A DNA stretch of 64,000 nucleotides from Spirochaetia bacterium. Lineage in GTDB: Bacteria; Spirochaetota; Spirochaetia; SZUA-6; Bin103. The position numbers and the translations under genes are program-made. Shown here piece by piece: positions 54,595 to 64,000 of this stretch (positions within the stretch are counted from its first letter, which is position 1; each line of letters starts with the position of its first letter). Location: positions 2,176,001 to 2,240,000 of the forward strand of contig OZ241863.1 in the NCBI GenBank assembly GCA_965203055.1, read 5' to 3'. The notes under the pieces are model-generated. The model was given only the letters and a program-made list of their open reading frames with translations, was not told the DNA's origin and did no database searches.

Positions 54595-57300
54595 ATGACC
54601 AACCACCCTCTGAGCGACGCCACCCGCAGCCACTTCACCTACCGCGGCGCTCGGCTCAATGAGATCTCGTTTCCCCTGGGCGGGATCGGCTCCGGCGCGA
54701 TCGGCCTGGCCGGCAACGGCCGGCTGATCGACTGGGAGATCTTCAACCGTCCCAACAAAGGCAGCGTGAACGGCTTCAGCCACTTCGCCGTCAAGGCCGA
54801 GCGGGACGGCGAAGTGGTTGACGCGCGGGTACTGCACGGCGACCTCGCCGGCCCTCTCTCCGGCAGCCTGCGCTCCACGTGGCTGGACAGCTTCGGCTTC
54901 GGGCCGACCCGCGCCTCGCTGGCCGGCCTGCCCCACTTCGCGGAGGCGGTGTTCGAGGGCACCTTCCCGGTGGCCACCCTCTCCTTCGCCGACGAGCAGT
55001 TCCCCGGCCGCATCACCCTGAGCGCCTTCAATCCCTTCATCCCCGGCAATTCCGACGACTCCAGCATTCCTGCCGCCTGCTTCGAGGTGCAGGTGACCAA
55101 TCCGGGCGGGGCCGACCTCGACTACACCGCGGCGCTGGCGGTCACCAACCCGGCCGGTCCGGGCAAGTCGGTCAACCGCGCCCGGCGCGCCGGCCCGGCG
55201 CAGTTGCTCACCCTGGGGAGCACCGGCATCGCCGCCGACCACCCGCGCTACGGCGACCTCACCATCGCCACCGACCTCGGCGCCGACGCCGAGGTCAGCT
55301 TCCAGGAATACTGGTTCCGCGGCATGTGGTTCGACGACCTCACCATCTACTGGCGCGACTTCACGGCGCCGGGCGGCTTCGCCAACCGCAGCTACCCGGA
55401 GCCGCGCGCCAGCGCGGGCGGCGGCTTCGACCGCCACGACACCGGGGTGCTGGCGGCGCGGATCAGCGTTCCCGCGGGGGCAACGCGCAGCGCGCGCTTC
55501 GTGCTGACCTGGAGCTACCCCAACTGCGTCAACTACTGGCATCCAGTCGGGGTCGAGCATGAGCAGCGCGACGCGCCGCCGCCGGCGCTCGACACCGCGG
55601 AATGGCGCAACTACTACGCTACCCGCTTCCCCGATTCCGCAGCCAGCGCCGGCTACTGCCTGCGGGAATGGGAGCGGCTGCAGCGCGATACCCTGGCGTT
55701 CCGCGACGCGCTGTACGCCAGCAGCGTCCCTCCCGCCATATTGGACGCCGCGGCCTCCACCCTGTCGGTGCTCAAGAGCCCCACCGTGCTGCGGCTGGAA
55801 GACGGCACCTTCTACGGCTTCGAAGGGGTGCGCGTCGACCAGGGCTGCTGCGAGGGAAGCTGCACCCACGTGTGGAACTACGCCTACGCGCTGCCGTTTC
55901 TGTTCCCCGACCTGGAGCGCTCGATGCGCGACGCCGACTTCCGCTACAACGCCGGCCCGGACGGCGGCATGACCTTCCGCCTGCAGTTGCCGCTGGGGCG
56001 GGAGCGGCTCGGCTTCCGGCCGTGCGCGGACGGCCAGTTCGGCGGCGTGATCAAGGCGTACCGGGAATGGAAGATCAGCGGCGATTCCGAGTGGCTGCGC
56101 GGCCACTGGGAGACGATCAAGAAGAACATTTCCTTCGCCTGGGCCGAGAGCAACCCCGACCGCTGGGACGCCGACCGCGACGGCGTGCTGGAGGGGCGCC
56201 AGCACCACACCCTGGACATGGAGCTGTTCGGGCCCAATTCGTGGCTCAGCGGCTTCTACCTGGCGGCGCTGGCGGCCGGCGCCGAGATGGCCGAGCACTT
56301 CGGCGAGGCCGCCACCGCGGCGGAGTACCGAGCCCTGTGCGCGCGCGGGCGGCAGTGGGTGGACCGCAACCTGTTCAACGGCGAGTACTACCAGCAGCGG
56401 ATCGACCTCACCGACCGCGCCATCCTCGCAGCATACGCCGCCGGCGGCGCCGAGGAGCGTTACCGCGGCGGGCGCAGCCAAGTGTGGAACTACTGGGACG
56501 GCGAGCACGGCGAGATCAAGTATCAGGTCGCCGAGGGGTGCGGGATCGATCAGGTGGTGGCCCAGTGGCACGCCAACATCTGCGGTCTCGGCGCGGTGTT
56601 CGACGGCGCGCAGACGCGCTCCGCCCTGGCGTCGATCTACCGCTACAACTTCAAGCGTTCGTTCCGGCAGCACTTCAACCCGGCGCGGCTGTACGCGGTG
56701 GATGACGAGGCCGGCACCATCATCTGCTCCTACCCGCGCGCCCTGCCGGTGGTGCCGCTGACCTACGCCCAGGAGAGCATGCACGGCTTCGAGTACCAGG
56801 CCGCCGGACACATGATTCAGGAGGGGATGCTGGCCGAGGGCCTGGAGCTGGTGCGGGCGGTGCGCGACCGCTACGACGGCAGCCGGCGCAATCCCTGGAA
56901 CGAGATCGAGTGCGGCAGCAACTACGCGCGCTCGATGGCCGCGTTCGCGCTGCTGCCGGCGTACGCCGGGTTCGAGTTCGACGCGGTGCGCGGCCACCTC
57001 GGGTTCAGCCCCAAGGTGCCGGATACGCCGTTCACCGCCTTCTGGAGCCTCGGCTCCGGCTGGGGCACCTGCACGCTGGACCTGGGGGAGATCCGGCTGC
57101 AGGTGGAACGCGGCGAGCTGCGGCTGTCCAGCTTCGCCAGCGACCGGCTGGCGGGCGCCGCCGGCGGCGCGGTGACCGGCGTCCGGCTCGGCGCCGCCGA
57201 GACCGCGTTCCACCAGGAGGGGACCATCCTCACCTTCCCCGACCCGCTGCGGGTCACCGCCGGCGCGCCGCTCGGCATCGCCCTCGCCGCCCACGTCTGA
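54595..57300 (+). CDS. GH116 glycoside hydrolase (non-lysosomal glucosylceramidase-like)
   Basis: ISFPLGGIGSG, YGFEG, CTHVWNY, ADGQ, QHHTLDME, NPWNEIECG.NYARSMA. Confidence 0.9.
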   Translation: MTNHPLSDATRSHFTYRGARLNEISFPLGGIGSGAIGLAGNGRLIDWEIFNRPNKGSVNGFSHFAVKAERDGEVVDARVLHGDLAGPLSGSLRSTWLDSFGFGPTRASLAGLPHFAEAVFEGTFPVATLSFADEQFPGRITLSAFNPFIPGNSDDSSIPAACFEVQVTNPGGADLDYTAALAVTNPAGPGKSVNRARRAGPAQLLTLGSTGIAADHPRYGDLTIATDLGADAEVSFQEYWFRGMWFDDLTIYWRDFTAPGGFANRSYPEPRASAGGGFDRHDTGVLAARISVPAGATRSARFVLTWSYPNCVNYWHPVGVEHEQRDAPPPALDTAEWRNYYATRFPDSAASAGYCLREWERLQRDTLAFRDALYASSVPPAILDAAASTLSVLKSPTVLRLEDGTFYGFEGVRVDQGCCEGSCTHVWNYAYALPFLFPDLERSMRDADFRYNAGPDGGMTFRLQLPLGRERLGFRPCADGQFGGVIKAYREWKISGDSEWLRGHWETIKKNISFAWAESNPDRWDADRDGVLEGRQHHTLDMELFGPNSWLSGFYLAALAAGAEMAEHFGEAATAAEYRALCARGRQWVDRNLFNGEYYQQRIDLTDRAILAAYAAGGAEERYRGGRSQVWNYWDGEHGEIKYQVAEGCGIDQVVAQWHANICGLGAVFDGAQTRSALASIYRYNFKRSFRQHFNPARLYAVDDEAGTIICSYPRALPVVPLTYAQESMHGFEYQAAGHMIQEGMLAEGLELVRAVRDRYDGSRRNPWNEIECGSNYARSMAAFALLPAYAGFEFDAVRGHLGFSPKVPDTPFTAFWSLGSGWGTCTLDLGEIRLQVERGELRLSSFASDRLAGAAGGAVTGVRLGAAETAFHQEGTILTFPDPLRVTAGAPLGIALAAHV

Positions 57301-57376
57301 CCGCTTCCCGCCGGCGCCGCCGCCGGCCGCCGCCGGCCCTGAGTCAAGCGGGCATGGTATGGTGACCGCAACGGCG

Positions 57377-58498
57377 ATGTATCCGTCCAACCTGTTCCGG
57401 CCCGGTGACGGCGACCGGCCCCCCTACCTGGCGGGCCGGCGCCGGGAGCTGGACGCCGCGGCGCCGCCGGCGGCCGACCTGCAGGCGCGGCGGGCGCCGA
57501 GCGCCAACGTCATCCTGTACGGCCCGCGCGGCAACGGCAAGACCGTGCTGCTGAACGTCATTGGCGACCGCTTGCAGCGGGCCGGCGCGGCGGTGGTGCA
57601 GGCGACCGCCAAGGGCGCGGCGGCGTCCCGGGAGGCGCTGGCGAAGGCGCTGGCCCCGACCGGCGGCTGGCGCGGCGCCCTGCGCCGCCTGGCGGAGCAG
57701 ACCGGCGCCGCGCCCAGCCGCCTGTCCCTGTTCGGCGTCCGGCTGGAGCTGGATCGGTCGGCAGGTCCGTCGGTGGAGCAGATGTTGGCAGCCCGCTGCG
57801 CCGCCGGAGCGCTGGCGCTGCTGGTGGACGAGGCGCACGTGCTGGACGCGGAGGTGGGCGGCGCACTGCTGGACGCTTCCCAAAGCATTCGCCGGCAGGG
57901 GGCTCCCTTCCTGCTGGTACTGGCCGGGACCCCGGGACTCCAACATACCTTGCAGGAGATGAAGGCCAGTCACTGGGAGCGATCCCGGCGCGTCCCGGTC
58001 GGGCGCCTCGAGCCGGGTGAGGACCGGGAGGCGCTGCTGCGGCCGCTGGCGGAGTTTGGCGGCGCGGCTGACGAAAGCGCGCTGGCGCGGCTGCTGCAGG
58101 CGGCGAACCGCTACCCCTACTTCCTCCAGGAAGTGGGCCACGCCGCGGTGGCCGCGCTGAACCGGAGCGGCGCGCGGCGCGTGGACGCCGCCATTGCGGA
58201 TCAGGCCCTGGCGGCGTTCGGGCCGCTCAAGAACGCGTTCTACGACAGCCGCGTCGACGAACTGGAAGACGCCGGACTGCTGGCGCCCGCGGCGGCTGCC
58301 GCGCGGGCGTTCGGCGACGCCGAGTGGCTGCCCCGCGCCCGGTTGGCGGCGGCGTTGGCCGGGCCGGACGCCGGGCGCGCGCGCCGCGGGCTGGTGGCGC
58401 GCGGCGTGGTGTGGCCGAAGGACGGCGGCTACGAGCCCGGCATCCCCTCCCTGCTGGCCATGCTCGCAGCCCCCGGCGGCGCCGCCCCGCCGCCATGA
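57377..58498 (+). CDS. P-loop ATPase (AAA_16-like)
   Basis: NLFRPG...PPYLAGR, GPRGNGKT, LLVDEAH, YPYFLQ. Confidence 0.82.
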   Translation: MYPSNLFRPGDGDRPPYLAGRRRELDAAAPPAADLQARRAPSANVILYGPRGNGKTVLLNVIGDRLQRAGAAVVQATAKGAAASREALAKALAPTGGWRGALRRLAEQTGAAPSRLSLFGVRLELDRSAGPSVEQMLAARCAAGALALLVDEAHVLDAEVGGALLDASQSIRRQGAPFLLVLAGTPGLQHTLQEMKASHWERSRRVPVGRLEPGEDREALLRPLAEFGGAADESALARLLQAANRYPYFLQEVGHAAVAALNRSGARRVDAAIADQALAAFGPLKNAFYDSRVDELEDAGLLAPAAAAARAFGDAEWLPRARLAAALAGPDAGRARRGLVARGVVWPKDGGYEPGIPSLLAMLAAPGGAAPPP

Positions 58499-58519
58499 CG
58501 CACGACCCGCGCGTCCGAG

Positions 58520-59071
58520 TTACCGGTCGAACCCACGCCGGGCGGCGGCCAGGGAGAAGTCATCAGGCTTCCAGCTCCCTCTCCACGTTGCCAACTCGTC
58601 GTCGCCGTTCCCCGTCTCCAGGGACTCGACAAGCTGATAGTACCCACTGACCCCGCCGCAATCTTCAAGCGGGGCCCTGCGGCGGCCGGCCAACAGGCGC
58701 CGTTTGAAGCGATCGCCGGACGACACCCGTTCGCGCAGCTCTACGGTATGCTGCCAGTCATCACCGAAGTCGTACCAATACACGCACTTCGTCCTCGCGT
58801 TGCGGAAGTACCGCGTAAGCCTGACCAAGCGGGCGGCGGGAGCATCATCTTCATCCCCCCACGTCCTTTCCTCCGGAGGTATCCCGGCAATGACCTCTCG
58901 ATCTCGTCCGGGGGTATGAAACTCCCACAGGTGACAGCGCCCCCAGCGGAAGCTGTCCTGAATCGCGTCATGCAGATCGAAGAACGACGCGTTGGCGGTA
59001 ATCTGAAAGCGGCGCCAGATGCGCGGCTTGATCAAACGTAGTGAAACCTCGAACTCCAGGTACGAGTACAT
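58520..59071 (-). CDS. Plasmid pRiA4b ORF-3 family protein
   Basis: IWRRF, LHDAIQ..F.W...HLWEF, YWYDFGDDWQH, PLEDCGGV.GY. Confidence 0.9.
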   Translation of the reverse strand: MYSYLEFEVSLRLIKPRIWRRFQITANASFFDLHDAIQDSFRWGRCHLWEFHTPGRDREVIAGIPPEERTWGDEDDAPAARLVRLTRYFRNARTKCVYWYDFGDDWQHTVELRERVSSGDRFKRRLLAGRRRAPLEDCGGVSGYYQLVESLETGNGDDELATWRGSWKPDDFSLAAARRGFDR

Positions 59072-59283
59072 CGCGCCCGCAGGATAGACCACCGGCGGCA
59101 GTTCCGCTACCGGCGCGCCGCTGGACCGGGCGGCTGCCCGACGTAACTTGTGAGCCGGAGGGCGTAAGAAATGTTGACGGCGGCGGGATACGGCGAGTTG
59201 CTGGAGGTAACCCGAGGAGCCTCCCTCGCGCCGCAGGCGTTCCCGGACGCGGCGGTGGGCGTCGACGATCTGCTGGGGCCGCG

Positions 59284-60081
59284 CTAAATCGGTCGCGGCT
59301 CGACTGCGCCGCCGGCGGGCCCGGCGGCGGCGCGGAAGCGCGGCGCGTAGTGGCGCTCACTGGCGGCCAGCGCGCGGTAGTATTCGTCGCGCAACGAGAC
59401 CGGCTTGGCGAGCAGCTCGATCAGCGCCACCGCCAGCCAACTGCGCCGGCCCTGGCGCGGATGGTAGCGGTTGAGCTGCGCGCCGGTCACCGGCGCCGCG
59501 CCGTGGAACGACGCCACGTAGCGCAGCGCTGGCGAGTGCGCCAGATCCGCCGGCGCCTGCAGCGACTGCGGGCGCTCCGGCACCAGGATCATTCCCGCCT
59601 GGCGGTAGGCCCAGGCGACGTGTTCGGAGCAGATGTAGCCGCGGTTGGCGGCGCGGCGCAGCACGGCGCGGCGCGCCAGGTAGGGGAATCCGAACAGCAG
59701 CGTGAACTCGTAGCGGCGCGCCAGCGTGGCGCGCGCCGCGGCCAGCAGCCGGCGTGTTTGCGCGGCGCTCAGACCGGGGTGGCGGCACACGTCCACGAAC
59801 GCCCGCCCGCCGCGGTCAGTGGCGGCGAAGGCGATGCCGTGGGCTTCCGCCGACAGCGACCAGCCGCCGCCGTAGTACAGCTCGGCGTGCGAATAGGGCG
59901 ACGCCGTGAAGTGTCCGATGAGGCCGCCGAGCAGATCGCCCTGGTCGCGGTGCAGCACCACGTCGCCGGGCCGCAGCGCCGCGCTCAGCGCGGAAGCCCG
60001 CGGCGGTCCCGGCCGCGCGCCGCGGCCGGGGAACAGAATTCGCCGCAGCGCGCCGCTCAGGCTCAAACGATCACCCCTCAT
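59284..60081 (-). CDS. Permuted papain-like amidase (YiiX/YaeF, NlpC/P60 permuted)
   Basis: LRPGDVVL, SPYSHA (His) preceding ICSEHV (Cys), P.DL. Confidence 0.8.
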   Translation of the reverse strand: MRGDRLSLSGALRRILFPGRGARPGPPRASALSAALRPGDVVLHRDQGDLLGGLIGHFTASPYSHAELYYGGGWSLSAEAHGIAFAATDRGGRAFVDVCRHPGLSAAQTRRLLAAARATLARRYEFTLLFGFPYLARRAVLRRAANRGYICSEHVAWAYRQAGMILVPERPQSLQAPADLAHSPALRYVASFHGAAPVTGAQLNRYHPRQGRRSWLAVALIELLAKPVSLRDEYYRALAASERHYAPRFRAAAGPAGGAVEPRPI

Positions 60082-60139
60082 CCGCCCCGATCCGCCGGGG
60101 TTGTACTCCGCGCCGCAGTTCTTCATCAATGGAGGGGGT

Positions 60140-60592
60140 ATGCTCCGGGTATTGTCATACGTGTTCACCCTGCTCAACTTCGCCCTGTTTCTGCTGGCGT
60201 TCGTCGTCACCCGCGATCTGTACCAGACGCTGTTTGCATTCTTCTACCGCTTGGCCACGGCCGGGGAGATGAGCGCCTTTCGCGTATCGGCGCTGCTGCG
60301 CACCTTCGACATGGTGAGCCTGTTCGTCCTGGGGCTGGCGATGATCGTGCTGACCATCGTGATCCAGGCGGCCTACGAGCGGGCGCGCGGCGGCACCCGG
60401 CTCGGCGCCCGGTTCGCCCTGGTGACCGGGCTGCAGTTGACATGGATCGGCGCCACCCGCGTGCTGGTCTGGCTGATCCCCGCGAACGAGCGCAACCTGA
60501 TCCTGGACGGCTACGCCCTGCTGCCGCTGGCCGCTGGCGGAGCGGCGGTCGTTGCCGGTATCATGCTGCGCCGGCGCCCGTCGGCGTCATGA
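60140..60592 (+). CDS. Small membrane protein (about 4 TM)
   Basis: GGAGG SD; four hydrophobic segments; ATGA overlap with the ABC ATPase. Confidence 0.7.
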   Translation: MLRVLSYVFTLLNFALFLLAFVVTRDLYQTLFAFFYRLATAGEMSAFRVSALLRTFDMVSLFVLGLAMIVLTIVIQAAYERARGGTRLGARFALVTGLQLTWIGATRVLVWLIPANERNLILDGYALLPLAAGGAAVVAGIMLRRRPSAS

Positions 60593-61299
60593 CTCGATAC
60601 CGCACCAGCATGCCACCGCTCATTCGCGCCTCCAGTGTCTCCCGTGAGTTCGTGCTCGGCCAGGAACGGGTACAGGCGGTCCGGTCCGTCTCCATGGAGT
60701 TGACCCGGGGCCGCTTCGTCCTGATCCGCGGCAAGTCGGGGTCGGGCAAGACCACCCTGCTCAATCTGCTCGGCGGGCTGGACCGGCCCACCTCGGGAGC
60801 GGTGTACTATCACGAACGCGATCTGCACCATTTCTCGGAGCGGGAGATGACCCGCTGGCGCCGCACCAAGGCGGCCTTCATCTTTCAGGCGTTCGCGTTG
60901 ATCCCGGGCCTCACCGCGGCGGAGAACGTGGACCTGCCGTTGCGCATCGCCGGCGCCGGCCCGCGCGCCGCCGGCCAGCGCGCGCTGCACTATCTTGACC
61001 TGGTGGGACTCGCGCCGCGCGCTCATCACCGCATCTACGAGCTCAGCGGCGGCGAACAGCAACGCGTCGCCATCGCCCGCGCCCTGGTCAAGGAGCCGGA
61101 GCTGCTGTTGGCGGACGAGCCCACCGGCGAGCTCGATCAGACCACCGGCCATGGCGTACTGGCGCTGCTGCGCGGCATGGCGCGGGAACGCAACATCGCG
61201 GCGTGCGTCACCAGCCACGATCCGACCGCCGCCGACTTTGCCGACGAGGTGTACGGAATGCGAGACGGAATCCTCAGCGCCGAACGGAGGGCCGCGTGA
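60589..61299 (+). CDS. ABC transporter ATP-binding protein (LolD/MacB type)
   Basis: [36 protein letters not shown]. Confidence 0.95.
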   Translation: MTRYRTSMPPLIRASSVSREFVLGQERVQAVRSVSMELTRGRFVLIRGKSGSGKTTLLNLLGGLDRPTSGAVYYHERDLHHFSEREMTRWRRTKAAFIFQAFALIPGLTAAENVDLPLRIAGAGPRAAGQRALHYLDLVGLAPRAHHRIYELSGGEQQRVAIARALVKEPELLLADEPTGELDQTTGHGVLALLRGMARERNIAACVTSHDPTAADFADEVYGMRDGILSAERRAA

Positions 61300-62327
61300 C
61301 CCCGCCGCGGCACCGGGGCCGCGTTGCGCGCGCCGGGATGGGCGCCGCGGCGCTGGCGCTGGCCGCGCTGCTGACCGCCTGCAGCGCGCTGCCCGAGGAC
61401 GCCGAGGAGGGCCTGCGCGAGCTGCCGCCGATCCCGCTGCGGTCGCGCGCCGTCACCTACGAGGTGGAGCGCGTCGATCTGGCGGTGGAGGTGCGCGGCA
61501 CCGCGGTGGTGACCCCGACCCGCGAGGTGGAGCTCTACTTCCGGGAGCCGGGCCGCCTCACCGTGCTCAACGTGGGAGTGCGCGACGAAGTGCGGGCCGG
61601 TCAGGTGCTGGCGCGGCTGGAGAGCGCCGACCTGGAGCAGGAGCTGCGGCTGGCCGAGTTCGACCTGGAGATCGCCCGCCTCAGCCACCAGGCGTTGAGC
61701 GCCGGCAACGTGACCCGCACCGCTCTCGCCATCAACCAACTGGAGGTCTCCAAGCAGGAAGCCCGCACTGCCTACCTGCGCGACCGCGTCGCGGCGTACG
61801 TGATCAGCTCGCCCTACGACGGCTACGTGAAGACCGTGCGCGGCAAGGTGGGGGAACTGACCCAGGAATACAAGACCATCATCGAGGTATCCGACCCCAC
61901 CGAGCTGGAGTTGCAGATGCGGGTCAACGTGGACGAGTTCGAGCGCGTGGTGACCGGCCAGCCGGCGCTGGTGGAGGTGACCCGCGGCGCGTGGCAGCCG
62001 GGTACGGTGACCGCGGTCACCAGCCGCAACCAGGCCACCGATCCGACCCTGCGCCGCGACGAGTACATCGCCCATCTCGCCCTGGAGGACACCGCCATCG
62101 AGCTGCGCGCGCAGGCCCGCCTGACCGCCCGCGTGGTGGTCGAGAGCCGCCCGCAGACGCTGGTGATCCCCGCGGCCGGGCTGCGCGAATTCCGCGAGCG
62201 CACCTACGTGCGCGTGCTCGACGGCGAGCAGCGGCGCGAGGTGGACGTGCGGGTGGGGGTTCGTACCGACACCCAGGTGGAGATTCTGAGTGGCCTGGAG
62301 GCCGGCGAACTGGTGATCGGCAAGTGA
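61296..62327 (+). CDS. Efflux periplasmic adaptor (MacA-like) lipoprotein
   Basis: Lipobox LTAC; V.AGQVLARL; SPYDG; C-terminal VEILSGL..GE.V. Confidence 0.85.
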   Translation: MTPPRHRGRVARAGMGAAALALAALLTACSALPEDAEEGLRELPPIPLRSRAVTYEVERVDLAVEVRGTAVVTPTREVELYFREPGRLTVLNVGVRDEVRAGQVLARLESADLEQELRLAEFDLEIARLSHQALSAGNVTRTALAINQLEVSKQEARTAYLRDRVAAYVISSPYDGYVKTVRGKVGELTQEYKTIIEVSDPTELELQMRVNVDEFERVVTGQPALVEVTRGAWQPGTVTAVTSRNQATDPTLRRDEYIAHLALEDTAIELRAQARLTARVVVESRPQTLVIPAAGLREFRERTYVRVLDGEQRREVDVRVGVRTDTQVEILSGLEAGELVIGK

Positions 62328-64000
62328 CCGACCGCGCCGCCCCGACGGTCAGCTACGGGCGCCTGCGGCCGCGCCGCGAACGCGGTCTGCCGGCGGCCGC
62401 GGCGATCCGCTATCCGCTGACCGTGCTGTGGATCACGCTGCAGCGGATGGCGCGCAACTGGCGGCTGCTCGGAGCCCTGCTGGCCGGCCTGGTGCTGGTC
62501 GCCGGGCTTGCCGCGGCGGTGCCGATCTACACCTCCGCCGGCCTGCAGCGCAGCTTCATCGAGCATTGGCATCGGGAGGACGACTTCCGGCCGCCCTTCG
62601 CCGTCATCGTCGCGCACCGCAACAGCCGCCGCCGCGAACCGGTCACCGCCGAGCACCTGCAGCGCCTGCAGCGCTATCTGGACGGCGAGCTGCGCGGGCG
62701 GATCGGTCACCCTCCCCTCGCCACCTCCTTCTACGGCACCTTCGGCAGCGACTTCGTGCTGCTCAACGAGGCCGCCGACCCGGGCGGGCGCGCCACCCGC
62801 GCGGAGCTCTCCTTCATGAGCAACCTCGCCGCGCATGCCGACGTGCGCCTCGGCCGCTGGTACGCGGCGCGCGACGACGGCGTGCTGGAGGTGGTGGCCG
62901 ACGAGAAGACCCTGGATGACCTGGAACTGGTGGTGGGCGGCCGCTACGTGTGGGCCTACCAGCTCCTGCCGGGCGAAGAGTTGACCGGCCTGCGCGTGGA
63001 GCCGTACCGGCAGCAGCGCTTCGCCCTGACGCCGATCGAAGTGGTGGGGATGTTTCAACCGGGCAACTCCGTTACCACCCGCGAATGGATCTATCCGCCG
63101 CTGCCGGGACGCCTGTTCATGCTGCCGGAGAGCTTCGCCGACCTGCAGCGCGCGGGACTGCGCACCTCCACCTTCGACCTGCAATGGGTGTTCGACGACC
63201 GGCTGGTGCGGGTCGATCAGCTCGGCGGCCTGATCGCCGACCTGCGGGCGGTCGAGGCGCGCGCCGCGGAGCTGGTCCCCTACACCACCGAGGACCCCAA
63301 CACCAGGTATTGGCTGGCGCCGCTGGAGTTCTTCGAGCGCTTCCGGATCAGACTGGACCAGGTGGCGCTGTTCCTGTTCTCGCTGGCGGCCCCCACCATC
63401 GGCATGATCCTGGTGTACGTGATGCTGATCGCCGCCCTGGCGGTGGAACGGCGCGTGAACGAGATTTCGGTGCTGCACAGCCGCGGCGCCGGGCGCGTCC
63501 AGGTACTGGCCAGCTTTACCCTGGAGTGGATTCTGCTGGCCGCCGCGGCAGCGCTGATCGGCCCCCACCTGGGGCTCCTCATCGGCCGCCTGGTGGGCAA
63601 CGCTCAGGGCTTTCTCCAGTTCACCGCCAATACCGGCGACCAGGCCGCGCAGCTCCCGCTGGTGGTCACCGAACAGTCGCAGCGCTTCGCGCTGCTGGCC
63701 ACGCTGGTGGCGGTGGCGGCCGCGGTCGCCCCGGTGGTCGCCAGCTCCCGCTTTTCGATCGTGACCCTGCGCCAGGTGCAGGCGCGCGGCCTGCGGCGCT
63801 CCTTCTGGCACCGCTACTTCCTCGACGTGATCCTGCTCGGCCTCGCCTTCTACGGCTACAGCGCGCTGCGCTGGCAGCAGGTGCGGCTGGCCTCCGAGGC
63901 CACGGTGGATGCCGATCCGATCCTGTTCCTGGTGCCGGTGGCGTTCTTCATCGGCGGCGGGCTGCTGCTGCTGCGCCTCTATCCGCTGGCGATGTCCGGG
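62324..64000 (+). CDS. FtsX/MacB-like ABC permease (truncated by window end)
   Basis: Frame from GTG 62324: N-terminal TM, large extracytoplasmic loop, ERRVNEISVLHSRGA, further TMs. Absent from the ORF track because no stop is reached. Confidence 0.85.
   Translation, partial: MTDRAAPTVSYGRLRPRRERGLPAAAAIRYPLTVLWITLQRMARNWRLLGALLAGLVLVAGLAAAVPIYTSAGLQRSFIEHWHREDDFRPPFAVIVAHRNSRRREPVTAEHLQRLQRYLDGELRGRIGHPPLATSFYGTFGSDFVLLNEAADPGGRATRAELSFMSNLAAHADVRLGRWYAARDDGVLEVVADEKTLDDLELVVGGRYVWAYQLLPGEELTGLRVEPYRQQRFALTPIEVVGMFQPGNSVTTREWIYPPLPGRLFMLPESFADLQRAGLRTSTFDLQWVFDDRLVRVDQLGGLIADLRAVEARAAELVPYTTEDPNTRYWLAPLEFFERFRIRLDQVALFLFSLAAPTIGMILVYVMLIAALAVERRVNEISVLHSRGAGRVQVLASFTLEWILLAAAAALIGPHLGLLIGRLVGNAQGFLQFTANTGDQAAQLPLVVTEQSQRFALLATLVAVAAAVAPVVASSRFSIVTLRQVQARGLRRSFWHRYFLDVILLGLAFYGYSALRWQQVRLASEATVDADPILFLVPVAFFIGGGLLLLRLYPLAMSG

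Noticed and set aside
54136..57390. Long antisense and alternate-frame ORFs (e.g. 1084 aa here, 45774-48383, 26174-28234)
   Set aside because: Shadow ORFs expected at very high GC; they overlap well-supported genes and lack recognisable motifs.

Overview
High-GC bacterial chromosomal window, inferred to be Spirochaetota from the spirochaete-type rpoZ, the Cmk with a GKSGCGN P-loop, the MPCGRKRK-type bS22 and the PASTA-fmt-def-priA-udg-truA-acpS and murC-yicC-cmk-rpoZ-miaA gene orders. Positions ~1-35 kb are mostly housekeeping and metabolic: tRNA-Gly(CCC), tRNA-Glu(TTC), a 29-aa ribosomal protein bS22 missed by the ORF track, sucCD, htrA, a coproporphyrin-dependent heme cluster (hemA-chdC-hemE-cpfC-cgoX), korAB flanked by two CBS proteins, an arylsulfatase, and an operon of a degenerate M20 homologue, gpgS and an enolase-superfamily enzyme. 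Positions ~35-54.6 kb form a compositionally mosaic defence island with no integrase in view. It holds an Rpn gene with an internal RpnS start, a GHKL-ATPase/PD-(D/E)xK nuclease fusion coupled to an SPPY methyltransferase, an AbiJ-like HEPN protein, and a type III R-M system with an ABC-ATPase + TOPRIM pair nested between mod and res. It also holds a second, frameshifted ATPase + TOPRIM pair and a 562-bp direct repeat bracketing a small protein plus a catalytically dead ImmA/IrrE-like protein. Short diverged copies of the island's own mod and res genes sit at cassette junctions. The window ends with GH116, accessory genes and a truncated ABC exporter operon. All family calls come from motif recognition by eye; no database searches were run.
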